NCBI RefSeq assembly: GCF_032444005.1
Contig: NC_091283.1
Location: 420,422,001 to 420,486,000 of the forward strand
Source: Ranitomeya imitator
Taxonomy: Eukaryota
Direction: 5' to 3'
DNA length: 64,000 bases
This document shows positions 1-10,669 of the stretch, in pieces. Below the pieces are notes generated by a model. It searched no databases. It was given only the letters and a program-made list of their open reading frames with translations, and was not told the DNA's origin. Position numbers and translations under genes: made by a program. How positions within the stretch are numbered: the first letter of the stretch is position 1; each line of letters begins with the position of its first letter.

Positions 1-2
1 TG

Positions 3-794
3 TTTTGCCGGCATTGCAGGAGGTACGGGCATACACAAGAAGCCTGTAAAATAGATGTTATATGCAGGAAATGCAATGAGGAGGGTCATCTCTCCTCTGA
101 GTGTAAAAACACCATTGTCTGCAACCTCTGTGGAGAGAAGGGGCACTCTTTCAGAGACTGTAAGTCACGTCCAGGTTCCTATGCAGCTGCAGCGGGGAGG
201 AGGAGAGCACAGTCTCCGGCTCGAGCAGGTACATCAGCGTCTGCACCACTGTCCACTGCGGCCTTCCTGGATGAAGAGGAGGCACAGGTTTGTTTTCCTG
301 AACAGGTTCGTGTAAACGAACGAGGAAATATGGAGTTGGCGCCTGAGCCTTTGGTACAGAAGGCTGTCTCTGTTGCCTCAGACGACAGCGATACTGAGAC
401 TGTAACTGGAGAAGGAGGTATGGAGGTATCCCTGGTGGGGGATTTTGATCCTGAAATGCTTGGCATGGCAGTCACATTGCAAGGGGAAGAGGAGATTGAT
501 TTGTCAAAAACACCAGGTGTTGATTGGGGTGCGGAGGTGTCAGACCCTGAGATGGAGGGAGGTCAGGGGGACTTTGACTTTCGGCGGAAAGACAGTAGCT
601 CTGATGAGGAGGGAGGTTCTTCTAAGAAGAAAAAAAAAGTGGAGCTATCTTTTTCTCCATTGAGTGACTCCAGTATGAGTCCAGCTCGGGTGTACCCTAC
701 TGCATCTGTTCCCCAAGGTGACTCTTTTTTAGGGGAAGGTGCGATTCTCGACTTCTGCACATCAAGCGCCCTGCCTCCAGAAGGGCTAGGATAA
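3..794 (+). CDS. E1 ORF1 (5'-partial): three CCHC zinc knuckles plus acidic tail
   Basis: Frame from base 3 reads FCRHCRRYGH..CRKCNEEGH..CNLCGEKGH and is in frame with track ORF 330..794. Confidence 0.9.
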   Translation, partial: FCRHCRRYGHTQEACKIDVICRKCNEEGHLSSECKNTIVCNLCGEKGHSFRDCKSRPGSYAAAAGRRRAQSPARAGTSASAPLSTAAFLDEEEAQVCFPEQVRVNERGNMELAPEPLVQKAVSVASDDSDTETVTGEGGMEVSLVGDFDPEMLGMAVTLQGEEEIDLSKTPGVDWGAEVSDPEMEGGQGDFDFRRKDSSSDEEGGSSKKKKKVELSFSPLSDSSMSPARVYPTASVPQGDSFLGEGAILDFCTSSALPPEGLG

Positions 795-840
795 TGCATA
801 AGTGGTTATGTTGTCGCACTTTGGGTCCCCAAATTGACAA

Positions 841-3800
841 ATGGTGTCTCTACATTCTCTCAGCGTATTGTCACTGAATGTAAGGCAAATTAAGTCTGTG
901 CCTAGGAGAGTGGCAATATTGGACTATCTGAGCAATCTGAATGCGGATGTGTATTGCATTCAGGAATGTGGGATTTCTGATCCCTTAAGTGACAACGTTT
1001 GGCCTTTGGGTCAGAGTGTGTGGTCTGGGTCGGTAGGTAATAAAAATTCTGGGGTGGGAGTTTTGGTGAATGGTAGAGGGGTTAAGGTGGAGAGTTACAC
1101 CGTGGTGGAAGCAGGAAGGTGTGTAATATGTGAGCTCAATTGTAAGGGTTGGAGGGTGAGGGTGGTTAACATGTATGCACCGGTAGATAAGGGGGAGAGG
1201 CTGGAGATTTTTGAGAAACTGAGTTATTTTTTATCTGGGAAAATGCCAGTAATTTTTGTTGGAGATTTTAATTGTGTGACGGAGGGGGATAAGATGGATA
1301 TTACAGGTAAAAGACTCAAGAGTCTTGTATCAGATTTTTCTTTTCAGGATGCTGCGGAGGTTATCCTTGGTAAGCCTCCTCCTGCGACCTATAAGGCTGA
1401 CAGGGGTGGTATAGAGTCTAGAATAGACCGTATTTTTTTCTCTCCAAATATTGTTTGTTGGGATTTCCAGCAGGAAGATGTCCCTTTTTCTGATCATGTG
1501 TATTTGAGAGCACGGTTGGAAGGTAAGTGTGATTTTGTGTATGGTGGAGGTGTGTGGAAGCTTAATGTGCGTTTGTTGGAAGATAAAAGAATTATGCGTG
1601 ACTTTAAAAGGATGTATGTAAGATGGAGGAGTAAAAAAAGTGATTTCGTGAATGTGCTTGAGTGGTGGGATTGGTTGAAGTGTGAGATTGGTATTTTCTT
1701 TAAAAAGTGGGGTAGGCGGAATGCTGCTATGAATAGGGCAAAATTTAATGAGTTAAGTGTCAGATTGGAGTGGTTACGAAAGTTGAGGATAATTGGAGTG
1801 GATGTGGATGATTTGATGTGTCAGGTGAAAGATGAAATTAAGAAATTTATTGAAGTAAAAGGTAAAGAAATAATTTTTCGTTCTAAAATTGAACATTTGG
1901 AAAAAAATGAGAAATGTACAAGGTTTTTTTTCAAAAAAGTGCTTGGTAAGAAAATGGATATGCATGAGGTGGTGAATGGTGAAGGTGTGTGTGTAAGTGG
2001 TAAAGATGTGATGGATGAGGTTGTGCTGTTCTATAAGGAGTTGTATGGGGAAAAATGGTTTGATGATCAGATGCTGAAGGATGTGTTGGGGTGTTTAAAT
2101 GGCCGATTGGGAGAGGATGAGTGTGGAATATTGGATGATGAAATTGTTTTGGATGAAGTTAAAAAAGTGGTTATGTCTGCTAGTAAGAATAAAACTCCGG
2201 GAAAAGATGGTTTGCCTGTGGAATTGTATGTGAAAGAATGGGATACGATTGGGGTCGACTTAGTGGAAGTGTGTCAGTATATGTTTAGGGAGAATGTGTT
2301 GAGTGATTCAATGAGAGAAGGAGTGGTGGTTCTGGTCTATAAGAAAGGTGATAGGAAGGATCTGGGCAATTGGAGGCCTATCACGCTTTTAAACGGTGAT
2401 TACAAGGTTTTTAGTAAGTTGTTGGCTAATCGAATGAGGGAAGTGGTTGGTGGTGTGGTGGATGAAGATCAAGTGTGTTCGGTGCCGGGGAGAAGTATGA
2501 CTGAGAATTTGGTTTTGCTGCGTGATGTGATTGGAGATTGTATGAGTCGTAAACAGAAATGTCTGGTTTTGTCAGTTGATTTTGAGAAAGCCTTTGACCG
2601 TGTGTCGCATAGTTTTATGTTTCATGTGTTGGCTAAGATGGGCTATTCGAGGAATTTTGTGAGCTGTGTTAGGAGTTTGTATAGTAATGTGACGAGTGAA
2701 TTTTTGGTGAATGGGTGTTTGAGTGATAAAGTGAGAATTAAGTCTGGAGTACGTCAGGGGTGCCCTATGTCCCCTATTTTGTTTATTAGCGTGATTGAGG
2801 TGTTGATGTGTATGGTTAGGAAGGATAAGGTTATGAGAGGTGTGTTGATTCCTGGGAGTGGTGGGAGGGATGTTAGGATTTTGGGTTATATGGATGATGT
2901 GGTGATAGTGAATGAGAGTATGGCTGCAATGAGTAGGGCAAGGTTGATATTAAGTCTGTTTTGTAGTGTGTCAGCCTTTAAGGTTAATTGGGCTAAGAGT
3001 TCTTTTAAATGTTTTGGTGATAGGAATGTTAGGATGGATGGTGTGAAATGTGAGGATGGTCCAATGAAGGTGCTTGGGATTAAGTTCAATGATGACTTGA
3101 AGGGAAATGAAAGTTGGGATGAGTGTGGGGAGAGAGTGGTGCGTAAATTGAATTTTTGGAGGTTAAGAGAATTGACTTTAACTGGGAAGGTCTTGATTAT
3201 TAAGGCGGTTATTTTTCCTATTTTGTTATTTGTTGGGAATGTGTATCCTACTGCGTTTGTGAAAATGAGGAAAACTGAGAAATTGATTTTTAATTTTCTC
3301 TGGGGAAGTCGCATGGAGAAATTGAAGCGGGAGTCTGTGTATAAGTTATGTGTGAATGGTGGCTTGAATTTTTTGAGTGTTGAGTTCTTTTTGGGGATTA
3401 GTTATGTGAAAATGTTTGTAGTATGTTTTGGGAAAGGTAATAAGTGTGCTTATATGATGAAGTATTCAGCCGGATGGATGTTGTATGGTTTGAAGTGGGT
3501 GAAAAGGGATGCAAGTGTGCCAGTTGCTTTTAAGTGTCCGATGTGGTATGCTTGTGTCGAGAAATTTGTTAGAAAGTATGATTTGTTGTCTGTTAGTATG
3601 AATGATTTTAGACAAAAAGGGAAAGTTGTTAGGATGGTGCGTGAGCGTGAGATTGCATGTGATATTAATGGATTGAGAGGTGAAGAGGTGCCAGAGATGT
3701 GGAAGAAATTAAGTATACAAGGTGTGACGAATAGACAGAGAGATATTGTTTGGATGATGTGGCATGATATTTTGCCTGTTAGGGATGTGCAAAAGAGGAG

Positions 3801-4221
3801 GGATTTAATTAAATCCGAGGTGTGTCCGAGGGATGGATGTGGTGCGAGAGAGCATGTTAGACATCTGGTTTGGGACTGTGATTTTGCGTATGCTGTATGG
3901 AAAGGTATAGGTGGTCTTTGTAAGGAATTGGCTGGTGTATCGTATCTTAATTGGAAGCTTGCTATGTTTGGAATGGGTGCATGTAGTAGGGTGAAGGATA
4001 GGATTTTATGGCTGTTGGTTGTATGTGTAATTGAAAGTATATGGGATGCGAGGAATTTGTTAGTTTTTAAAAGGAAGAAGATGTCTGTTAATGAATGTTT
4101 GAGTTTGATTCTGTCACGTATGTATGTGATTTACCTGTGGGACCAGAAACGAGGAAGTTTTATTGATGCTGAAGGGGTCTGGAAATTCAAGAAGTGGAGG
4201 TTTCTTGTGAAATTTAATTAG
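841..4221 (+). CDS. E1 ORF2: APE endonuclease, reverse transcriptase, C-terminal CCHC (1126 aa, intact)
   Basis: SLNVR, IQEC, GDFN, SRID, FSDH; WRPITLLN, DFEKAFD, QGCPMSP, YMDD; CPRDGC..H..WDC. Confidence 0.97.
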   Translation: MVSLHSLSVLSLNVRQIKSVPRRVAILDYLSNLNADVYCIQECGISDPLSDNVWPLGQSVWSGSVGNKNSGVGVLVNGRGVKVESYTVVEAGRCVICELNCKGWRVRVVNMYAPVDKGERLEIFEKLSYFLSGKMPVIFVGDFNCVTEGDKMDITGKRLKSLVSDFSFQDAAEVILGKPPPATYKADRGGIESRIDRIFFSPNIVCWDFQQEDVPFSDHVYLRARLEGKCDFVYGGGVWKLNVRLLEDKRIMRDFKRMYVRWRSKKSDFVNVLEWWDWLKCEIGIFFKKWGRRNAAMNRAKFNELSVRLEWLRKLRIIGVDVDDLMCQVKDEIKKFIEVKGKEIIFRSKIEHLEKNEKCTRFFFKKVLGKKMDMHEVVNGEGVCVSGKDVMDEVVLFYKELYGEKWFDDQMLKDVLGCLNGRLGEDECGILDDEIVLDEVKKVVMSASKNKTPGKDGLPVELYVKEWDTIGVDLVEVCQYMFRENVLSDSMREGVVVLVYKKGDRKDLGNWRPITLLNGDYKVFSKLLANRMREVVGGVVDEDQVCSVPGRSMTENLVLLRDVIGDCMSRKQKCLVLSVDFEKAFDRVSHSFMFHVLAKMGYSRNFVSCVRSLYSNVTSEFLVNGCLSDKVRIKSGVRQGCPMSPILFISVIEVLMCMVRKDKVMRGVLIPGSGGRDVRILGYMDDVVIVNESMAAMSRARLILSLFCSVSAFKVNWAKSSFKCFGDRNVRMDGVKCEDGPMKVLGIKFNDDLKGNESWDECGERVVRKLNFWRLRELTLTGKVLIIKAVIFPILLFVGNVYPTAFVKMRKTEKLIFNFLWGSRMEKLKRESVYKLCVNGGLNFLSVEFFLGISYVKMFVVCFGKGNKCAYMMKYSAGWMLYGLKWVKRDASVPVAFKCPMWYACVEKFVRKYDLLSVSMNDFRQKGKVVRMVREREIACDINGLRGEEVPEMWKKLSIQGVTNRQRDIVWMMWHDILPVRDVQKRRDLIKSEVCPRDGCGAREHVRHLVWDCDFAYAVWKGIGGLCKELAGVSYLNWKLAMFGMGACSRVKDRILWLLVVCVIESIWDARNLLVFKRKKMSVNECLSLILSRMYVIYLWDQKRGSFIDAEGVWKFKKWRFLVKFN

Positions 4222-4259
4222 TGCCTTGTTGGTGTATTTGTGTTTTTATTTTGTATATA

Positions 4260-4346
4260 TACCATGCATGATGAAGGCTGAGTATCATTTGAAGCTTTTT
4301 TAAGCGGATTTGATCGAGCATTGTGCTCTGCCTATCTGATTTGGTA
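4260..4346 (+). other. Putative box C/D kink-turn hairpin in E1 3' UTR
   Basis: ATGATGA 4268-4274, CTGA 4336-4339, outer stem TACCA/TGGTA, inner stem AGGC-GAG/CTC-GCCT. Confidence 0.55.
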
Positions 4347-4358
4347 AAAAAAAAAAAA

Positions 4359-4509
4359 ATCTGTTCTTATCAGTTTAATATCTGATACGTCCCCTATTTG
4401 GGGACCATATATTAAATGGATTTTTAGAACAGGGAGCTGGAAATGGAGCTTGCTCTGTCCACTCCACGCATTGACCCGTTATTGCAGTATCTCCGGGAAC
4501 AGTGCACCC
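4359..4509 (+). ncRNA. RNU2: U2 snRNA 3' fragment (nt 38-188), array variant A
   Basis: ATCTGTTCTTATCAGTTTAATATCTGATACG...GTGCACCC; Sm site; 3' box follows. Confidence 0.97.
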
Positions 4510-4522
4510 CTTCTCTGATCCG

Positions 4523-4537
4523 GTTTCCAAAAACAGA
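4523..4537 (+). terminator. snRNA 3' box (repeated 14 nt after every U2 3' fragment: 10885, 17453, 24387, 31117, 37846, 44601, 51671, 60168)
   Basis: GTTTCCAAAAACAGA or GTTTCTAAAAACAGA matches GTTTN0-3AAARNNAGA. Confidence 0.9.
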
Positions 4538-5422
4538 TTGAATTGAAATCAGCCCAGCAAGTTGTCATTTAACACTTTCTGAGAATTCTTTTCAGGGTCA
4601 AAGAAGCACGTTTCAGGTGGCAAATGTAGCAATTTGCTCAATTTCACTGGACCGTTTGCAACATTTCCTGTGCCTTGCTTTCACCTGTGCATGTTCAGCA
4701 TTGGATTGCATCCAATATGCAATCAATCAATCAATCAAGCAATCAATCAAGCAATCTTTGCTGGTTGCAACAGGTGTGTTAAGATGTAGGCCCGAATGAG
4801 GCCTTTGTAACAGTGTTGCTAATATATTGTGCCATCTACAAAATTAGGCCCCTGCCTGCTGTCTGTCAGCATGAAGTGTTTAAATTGAAGTATCCTACGA
4901 GTAGTTCGGCCATACATACTACATTTGTGACCGCATGCACAAATTCCCTTGTAAAACATTGGCTCCCTCTTGTGGACCACTACTGACTTTTAATTATGTG
5001 GTGTATGATATGTATTTCAATAAAGAAGGAAAAATGGTGTCTGTGATGGATGATCTTGAATGTGCTAGTCTTGTCTATTTTGTCTTGTACTGTGTGAGTA
5101 GTATTCTAATGCTTTTGACCAACTAGGTGCGCTGCTGCCTGCCTGCCTGCCTGCCTGCAGTAGATAGAATCTGTGCACGGAACCTTCACCTGCTGCTGCT
5201 GTCACAATGGGGCCTTCAGCCATTGACTCCGGAACTCTCACGTGTCACAATGGGCTCTGGACCTATCTAAGGCAGAGAAAAATGGCGCCGTCTTCAGTCT
5301 GCTGCTGGAACAGCAGCAGACCACATGGTAGGGGGATTGTCTTTTTTTTAAAGGGGCAATTTGCAGACTTGCACTAATAGTTGCACTCTGGAGCGCCAAA
5401 GGGATGGAGGGTGTGTTCAGAT

Positions 5423-5683
5423 GGGCGGAGTTATGCAGATCAGGCGGAGTTATGCAGATTAGGCGGAGTTAGGCAGATTTTTTTAAAACGCGTTGGGCCC
5501 AACTTGAACACACCCCCACACACCCCCCACACACCCCCACACACACCAGAACTGCCATTTGAGAAGGCATCCAGAGTTTAGAAAAAAAATGTCTTCCCCT
5601 GGGCAATCATCTTTTGGGCTCTCTCCAGAGTGAGTCCTGGTTGTAGGCCATGGGGCGTCCGGAGTGGCAAACCATTTCAGGCT
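5423..5683 (+). promoter_or_regulatory. U2 promoter: DSE (3x GGCGGAGTTA[T/G]GCAGAT, 5423-5478) and PSE (~5621-5640)
   Basis: GC box plus octamer-like ATGCAGAT at about -260 to -205; CTCTCC-type PSE at about -63 to -44. Confidence 0.85.
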
Positions 5684-5705
5684 ATCGCTTCTCGGCCTTT
5701 TGGCT
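5684..5705 (+). ncRNA. RNU2: U2 snRNA 5' fragment (nt 1-22)
   Basis: ATCGCTTCTCGGCCTTTTGGCT, then diverged. Confidence 0.95.
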
Positions 5706-5850
5706 CAGATATCACGTCTGGCCAGAAGGATTCTAAGCCAATCTTGCCCTTGGCCTTGAGGCATCGGCGGTGTAAAAGCCGTCTTAAGCCTCATGCTGCT
5801 TTAGGGGGCAGATACGCAAAGAAACCAGGAAGGCGATCGACCCTTTGAAG

Positions 5851-7269
5851 ATGGCATCAGCAGTAGCGGCCTCAGTGCGCTATGCCAGAGCTGGTGACCT
5901 TCGCATCAAGAACTCATTCAAGATTGAAGTGGACGATGCATCTAAGGAGAAGATGACCTTGAAGTTTTTCGTGAGGAGAGTACTGCTGGAGATCCTGGGA
6001 GTAAGGAGGGAGGACATCCTGGCTCTTCAAGATCGCCCGGGATCTTTCACTTTGACTTTGGAGTCGGAGCATGCGTGCCAGAACCTCTTCCTCCAGATTC
6101 ATCAGCACCTTACAGATGAAGACCTAAAAGGACTTACCTTTGTCATCCTATACTCCGGTGGAGAGAAGCCACTCGTTGTTCAAATGAGCAATCCTCATGT
6201 TCCCTTAGTCCATATTATTTGCTTTCTTCAGAATTATTTTCCGGATCTGCGGTATTCCCACAAGGTCATGAATGAAGAGAACCTTTGGACGGGGAAGCAT
6301 AAATTTTTTGTTAAATTTTGTGAGGATGCGAGTGGTATTGGTGGTCAACGGCACCCCCCATCGAGTTTCCTGATTGGCAGAGAGCGGGGGCGGCTCTTCT
6401 ATCCGGACATGCCCCTCTTCTGTCGAAAATGCATGAGGTTTGGTCACACCTATGAGAACTGTGCTGAGGAGGTGGCAATTTGTAAGAAGTGCTACCAGCA
6501 CAGACATGCTACAATGGACTGCACTAATGAGATGGTGTGTAATATCTGTCGGGTCCCGGGTCATTCCTTCCGGGAGTGTCCCTTGAAGAAAAGGGCCCAA
6601 ACTTATGCTGAAACACTGAAGCAGCCGCCCATAATGCAGAGACGTTCCACCACTGCTCCCGCAGCTGCGTTCTTAACGCGGGGGCAGTCTTCCAGTATTC
6701 CAGTACCTGCTACTGATACATCTGCACCTGTTGCACTAGAGAAGCCTGCCAGCTCGTCTGCTGTGCAGGGGTGTTCTGCGGGTGATCCTGTGACTGCGGT
6801 ACGAGCACAATCTTCTGCAAGCAAGTCTATTGCCGCTCCGGCACCTTCTGCTCAGGAAAAACCTCCTGCTGCGCAAGAACTTCCAGCTGAGAATTCTGAC
6901 CCTGCTGAAAAGGGGGGTGCTTCACCTGATTGGTCTGCTAACCCTGATCCGGATGGTATGATGGTGATAGCAGAGGGAGGACCCCCTGCTGAAGCCACAA
7001 GCTCTGACTCGGAGGATGAGGCAATGGAGCTGGAAACACGAAGAAAAAGGAAGTCAGAAGACGGGCCTGGAGGTAATGTGGCCAAGGAGGCTTCCAAGAA
7101 GTGTCCTTTGAGGCCAAGTATCCTGCAATTTAAGCCCAAGCCTCCTGCTGCTCCTCCTGAGGAACCAAGGCCTTCAGATCCTGTGAACATCCTTTTTTCA
7201 GATTCTGAGGTGCAGAGCCCATTAACACCTGTGGGCTTTATGTCTGATTCTGACAGCAGTGTGACCTGA
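5851..7269 (+). CDS. E2 ORF1 zinc-knuckle nucleic-acid-binding protein
   Basis: CRKCMRFGH, CKKCYQHRH, CNICRVPGH; A/P/S-rich tail. Confidence 0.9.
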   Translation: MASAVAASVRYARAGDLRIKNSFKIEVDDASKEKMTLKFFVRRVLLEILGVRREDILALQDRPGSFTLTLESEHACQNLFLQIHQHLTDEDLKGLTFVILYSGGEKPLVVQMSNPHVPLVHIICFLQNYFPDLRYSHKVMNEENLWTGKHKFFVKFCEDASGIGGQRHPPSSFLIGRERGRLFYPDMPLFCRKCMRFGHTYENCAEEVAICKKCYQHRHATMDCTNEMVCNICRVPGHSFRECPLKKRAQTYAETLKQPPIMQRRSTTAPAAAFLTRGQSSSIPVPATDTSAPVALEKPASSSAVQGCSAGDPVTAVRAQSSASKSIAAPAPSAQEKPPAAQELPAENSDPAEKGGASPDWSANPDPDGMMVIAEGGPPAEATSSDSEDEAMELETRRKRKSEDGPGGNVAKEASKKCPLRPSILQFKPKPPAAPPEEPRPSDPVNILFSDSEVQSPLTPVGFMSDSDSSVT

Positions 7270-7280
7270 GCTGTCTCATC

Positions 7281-10200
7281 ATGACTTCTTCCATTAAAAT
7301 AGCCTCACTCAATGTGAGGAGTATAAAGAGCCCTACCAGAAGGGCTGCTTTGTTGTCCTACCTGTCAACAGTGGACTGTGATATTTTTTGTTTACAAGAA
7401 TGTAACATTGACTTTGATATGAATTATGCGGACTTACGGAACGATTGGACTCATGGGCCCTCTATCTGGTCCGGGGATAATGAGAATCGTTCCTCTGGCG
7501 TTGGGGTACTTTTTAAGTCGCATGATTTTAAAATCAACTCTTTTATGGATGTTTTTTCTGGACGTGCTCTTTTTTTAAATGTCAGTTTTAAAGGTGCAGA
7601 TTTTAGACTCTTGAATATTTATGCTTCTCCTGAGAAAGAAGAGAGATACCAGTTGTTTGAGGATGTGCAATATTATTTACCTGGTTCGTCGCCCCTGATG
7701 TTCTGTGGTGACTTTAATTGTATTTTGCCTGGTGAGGGGAGGAGTGGGAGTTCTAATGCACCTAAAAAAGATAAAACAGAGAAACAACTGAAAGATATAT
7801 TAACTGACTTTTGTCTTAGAGATTCCTGGAAAGAGTTGTATAGTAATGACCCCGGTTATACTTGGGGGAACCTTTCTTCCAAGTCTCGTATTGATTTTAT
7901 TTTTCTGTCCCAATATGTGAATGTCAAATCTGTTGTTTTAATCCCGAACATTTTTTCAGATCATAAAATGCTGCTATCAGAGTTGGAGTTGCCTGGGCTT
8001 GTTAAAGCAAGAGGGGTCTGGAGGCTAAATACGACATTGCTACAAGACCCTAAGGTAAGAGCAGATTTTAAAGCGTTTTTTAATTTTTTAAAAACAAAGC
8101 AAACAAAATTTTCAACTCTGCTAGACTGGTGGGAATACTGTAAAACGAAGATAAAAAGCTTCTTTGTAAAGGTCAGCATAGCCAAAGCAAGAGAAAAAGC
8201 TGCTTGGCATAAGAGACTTATTACTAAGCTGCAGACCTGTTATCAACTAAGAAGTGTGGGACTTGAGATGGACGATTTAATTGACAAAACGAAAAAAGAA
8301 ATTAAGAAAAGTATAGAGTCAAAGGGCAAAGAGATAATTTATAATTCAAAAATTGAAGTAATGGAGAAGAACGAGAAATGCTCAAGATTCTTTTTTAAAA
8401 AAGTAGTCGCTGCTAAGGATATGCTAACAGAATTAGAAGGTGAAGTTACAACAGATGGAATGCTTAGCCAAGCTCAACGTTTTTATCAACAGCTTTTTAA
8501 TCAAAAAACTATTGACCAGTCTTTTATTAAAGGTGCCTTAAATTCACTGAAATACAGCCTAGACCGTCGAGACCAAGAACAGTTATGCACTGAAGTCACC
8601 TTGCCTGAAATTGATGCTGCTATCAAGAGTTTCTCTTATGGGAAAACCCCTGGCTCTGATGGTTTGCCTGCAGAATTTTATCGTGAATTTTGGGATGTTT
8701 TAAGACCTGACTTGTTTTTAGTTTTTAAAGAAGCTTTTAAGTGTGATGTCCTGCCGTTATCATGGAGAAGTGGTCTGGTATCTTTGATCTTTAAAAAAGG
8801 AGCCAAATCCCACCTGGCCAACTGGAGACCAATCACACTGTTAAATGTAGACTACAAGTTGATGTCCAAAGTTCTGGTGAATCGTTTTAAAGGGGTTTTA
8901 TCTAAAGTGATCTATGAAGACCAGGTATGTGGAGTGCCGGGAAGAGGAGTTGCTGAGCACCTCAATACCATCCGAGACGTGATCTGGTATCAGCAGTCTA
9001 GAAGTCAAGACTTGGCAATTTTATCACTGGATTTTCAAAAGGCCTTTGATCGTGTGTCTCATCAGTTTTTATGGTTGGTTTTAAGAAAAATGGGCTTCCC
9101 TGAAATTTTTATTAAGCAAGTGGCACTTTTGTATAAGGACTCTTTTAGTAAAATTTTAATTAATGGTTTTTTATCAAAAGAAGTCTTCTTGCACTCGGGT
9201 GTAAAACAAGGCTGCCCATTATCTCCAGTACTGTTTATATGTGCAATAGAGCCTCTCCTATCCATGCTGAGAGAAGATAAGGTGGTCAAAGGTGTCCCTA
9301 TCCCTGGTGGCGATGGACGTCATGTTAAAGTATTGGGCTATATGGATGACATCACTATTTTTTGTTCGTCCCCTGCGGCATTAAGGAGAGCCATAAGAAC
9401 CACACATTTTTTTGTGAAGCCTCAGCCTTCAAGTTAAACATTGAGAAATGTGATTGCTTTGCCCGAGGAAACTGGTCTGATGTGTCCATCCCTGACTTAC
9501 CAATTCAGTCAGAGAAGATAAAAATTTTAGGAGTTGTTTTTGACCAGCAAAATAACGGCACAAAGAGCTGGGATGCGGTAAGAGAGAAGGTTCAGAAGAA
9601 AATAGACTTCTGGAAGTTGAGAAAGCTGACAATTGAAGGTAAAGTCTTAATCATCAAAGCCCTTTTGTTACCCATTATGCTTTATCTCAGCTATGTTTAC
9701 CCTCCAAGTGACCTTGTTGCAAAAAAGCTGCAGAGAATGCTGTTTGAATTTATATGGAGCTCAAAATTTGAAAAAGTCAAGCGCGAAACCATGCACAAGC
9801 CGCACCACCTAGGTGGTAAAGACGTTCCTAATATTAAATTGTTTTTATATTCTAAGTTTTTTAGCCTCTGTTTTAAGAATATATCTCTTTTTAGCCCTTG
9901 GGCGCATTTTTTAAGATATGCCGCTGGTCATATTTTTAGAAGAAGAAAATGGGTATCTATCTCTCTAACGTGCCCAGTGTTGCTATCTCCTCCAAAGCAA
10001 TATGTCATCCTGGAGAAAGTTGTTAGGATGTATGACTTGGAATCTATTGATATGCCAACATTGAAAAATCCAAGGAAATTGCTTCAGCAAATAAGAAAGC
10101 GAGAAGTTATGGCGCCCATCAGCTACTATTCATTCAACAGAGTGGCAAAAGTCTGGAAAATAGTAAATGCACCTTATTTAACCAACCAACATAAAGACTT

Positions 10201-10669
10201 AGCCTGGATGATTGTGCAGGAATGTCTGCCAACCCGCGACTTTCAGTATAAGCGAAGACTGAGTAGTATTCAGACTTGTCCTAGGCATCAGTGCAATAAT
10301 GACGAAACTACTATGCACCTTATCTGGAACTGCGACTTTGCACAGCAAGTTTGGAAGCAATGCGGTGAGCTTTTAAAGTTTTTATCTGGTCTTAATTTTT
10401 TGAGTCATGAAGTGGTTTTATATGGAATTTTTTTAAACATGACCAAAGAAAAAGAAAGAGTTTTATGGTGTACACTAAATTGTATTAAAAATGCTTTGTG
10501 GAAGACCCGAAACATCTTGGTGTTCAAAAAAGACCACATAGAAGTCAAAGATTGTATCAGACTGGCACTAAGCGAACTGTATATGTACTATTTACTTGAC
10601 GTGAAGAAGCTTGGTAAGAAGAGAGCCCTAAGTACATGGAACTATCACCTATGGAAGATGTTATTTTAA
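7281..10669 (+). pseudogene. E2 ORF2 (APE-RT-CCHC) with one frameshift at T-run 9407-9413
   Basis: ORFs 7281..9437 and 9362..10669 join at HFF/CEAS if one T is added. Confidence 0.9.

Larger units (their letters stand above)
1..4358 (+). mobile_element. E1: Tx1/Keno-like non-LTR retrotransposon, 5' end outside window, G+T-rich family
   Basis: ORF1 tail, intact ORF2, A-tail joined to U2 nt 38. Confidence 0.95.
4510..5683 (+). repeat. Type A (short, ~1.17 kb) U2 spacer; second copy 10872-12052
   Basis: Near-identical copies with (CAAT)n, (GCCT)n and CAC-rich tracts; lacks the ~275-bp segment of type B. Confidence 0.9.

Noticed and set aside
841-4221. Utopia or R2-type identity (same U2 target site)
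   Set aside because: ORF2 has an N-terminal APE endonuclease and there is a separate ORF1; no RLE domain, so Tx1/Keno-like
4359-4509. Regularly spaced ~150-bp repeats resembling a CRISPR-like array
   Set aside because: They are U2 snRNA fragments in eukaryotic DNA; no cas genes
4724-4755. (CAAT)n, (CTGT)n, (GCCT)n and CAC-rich tracts in spacers
   Set aside because: Ordinary length-variable microsatellites with no further structure
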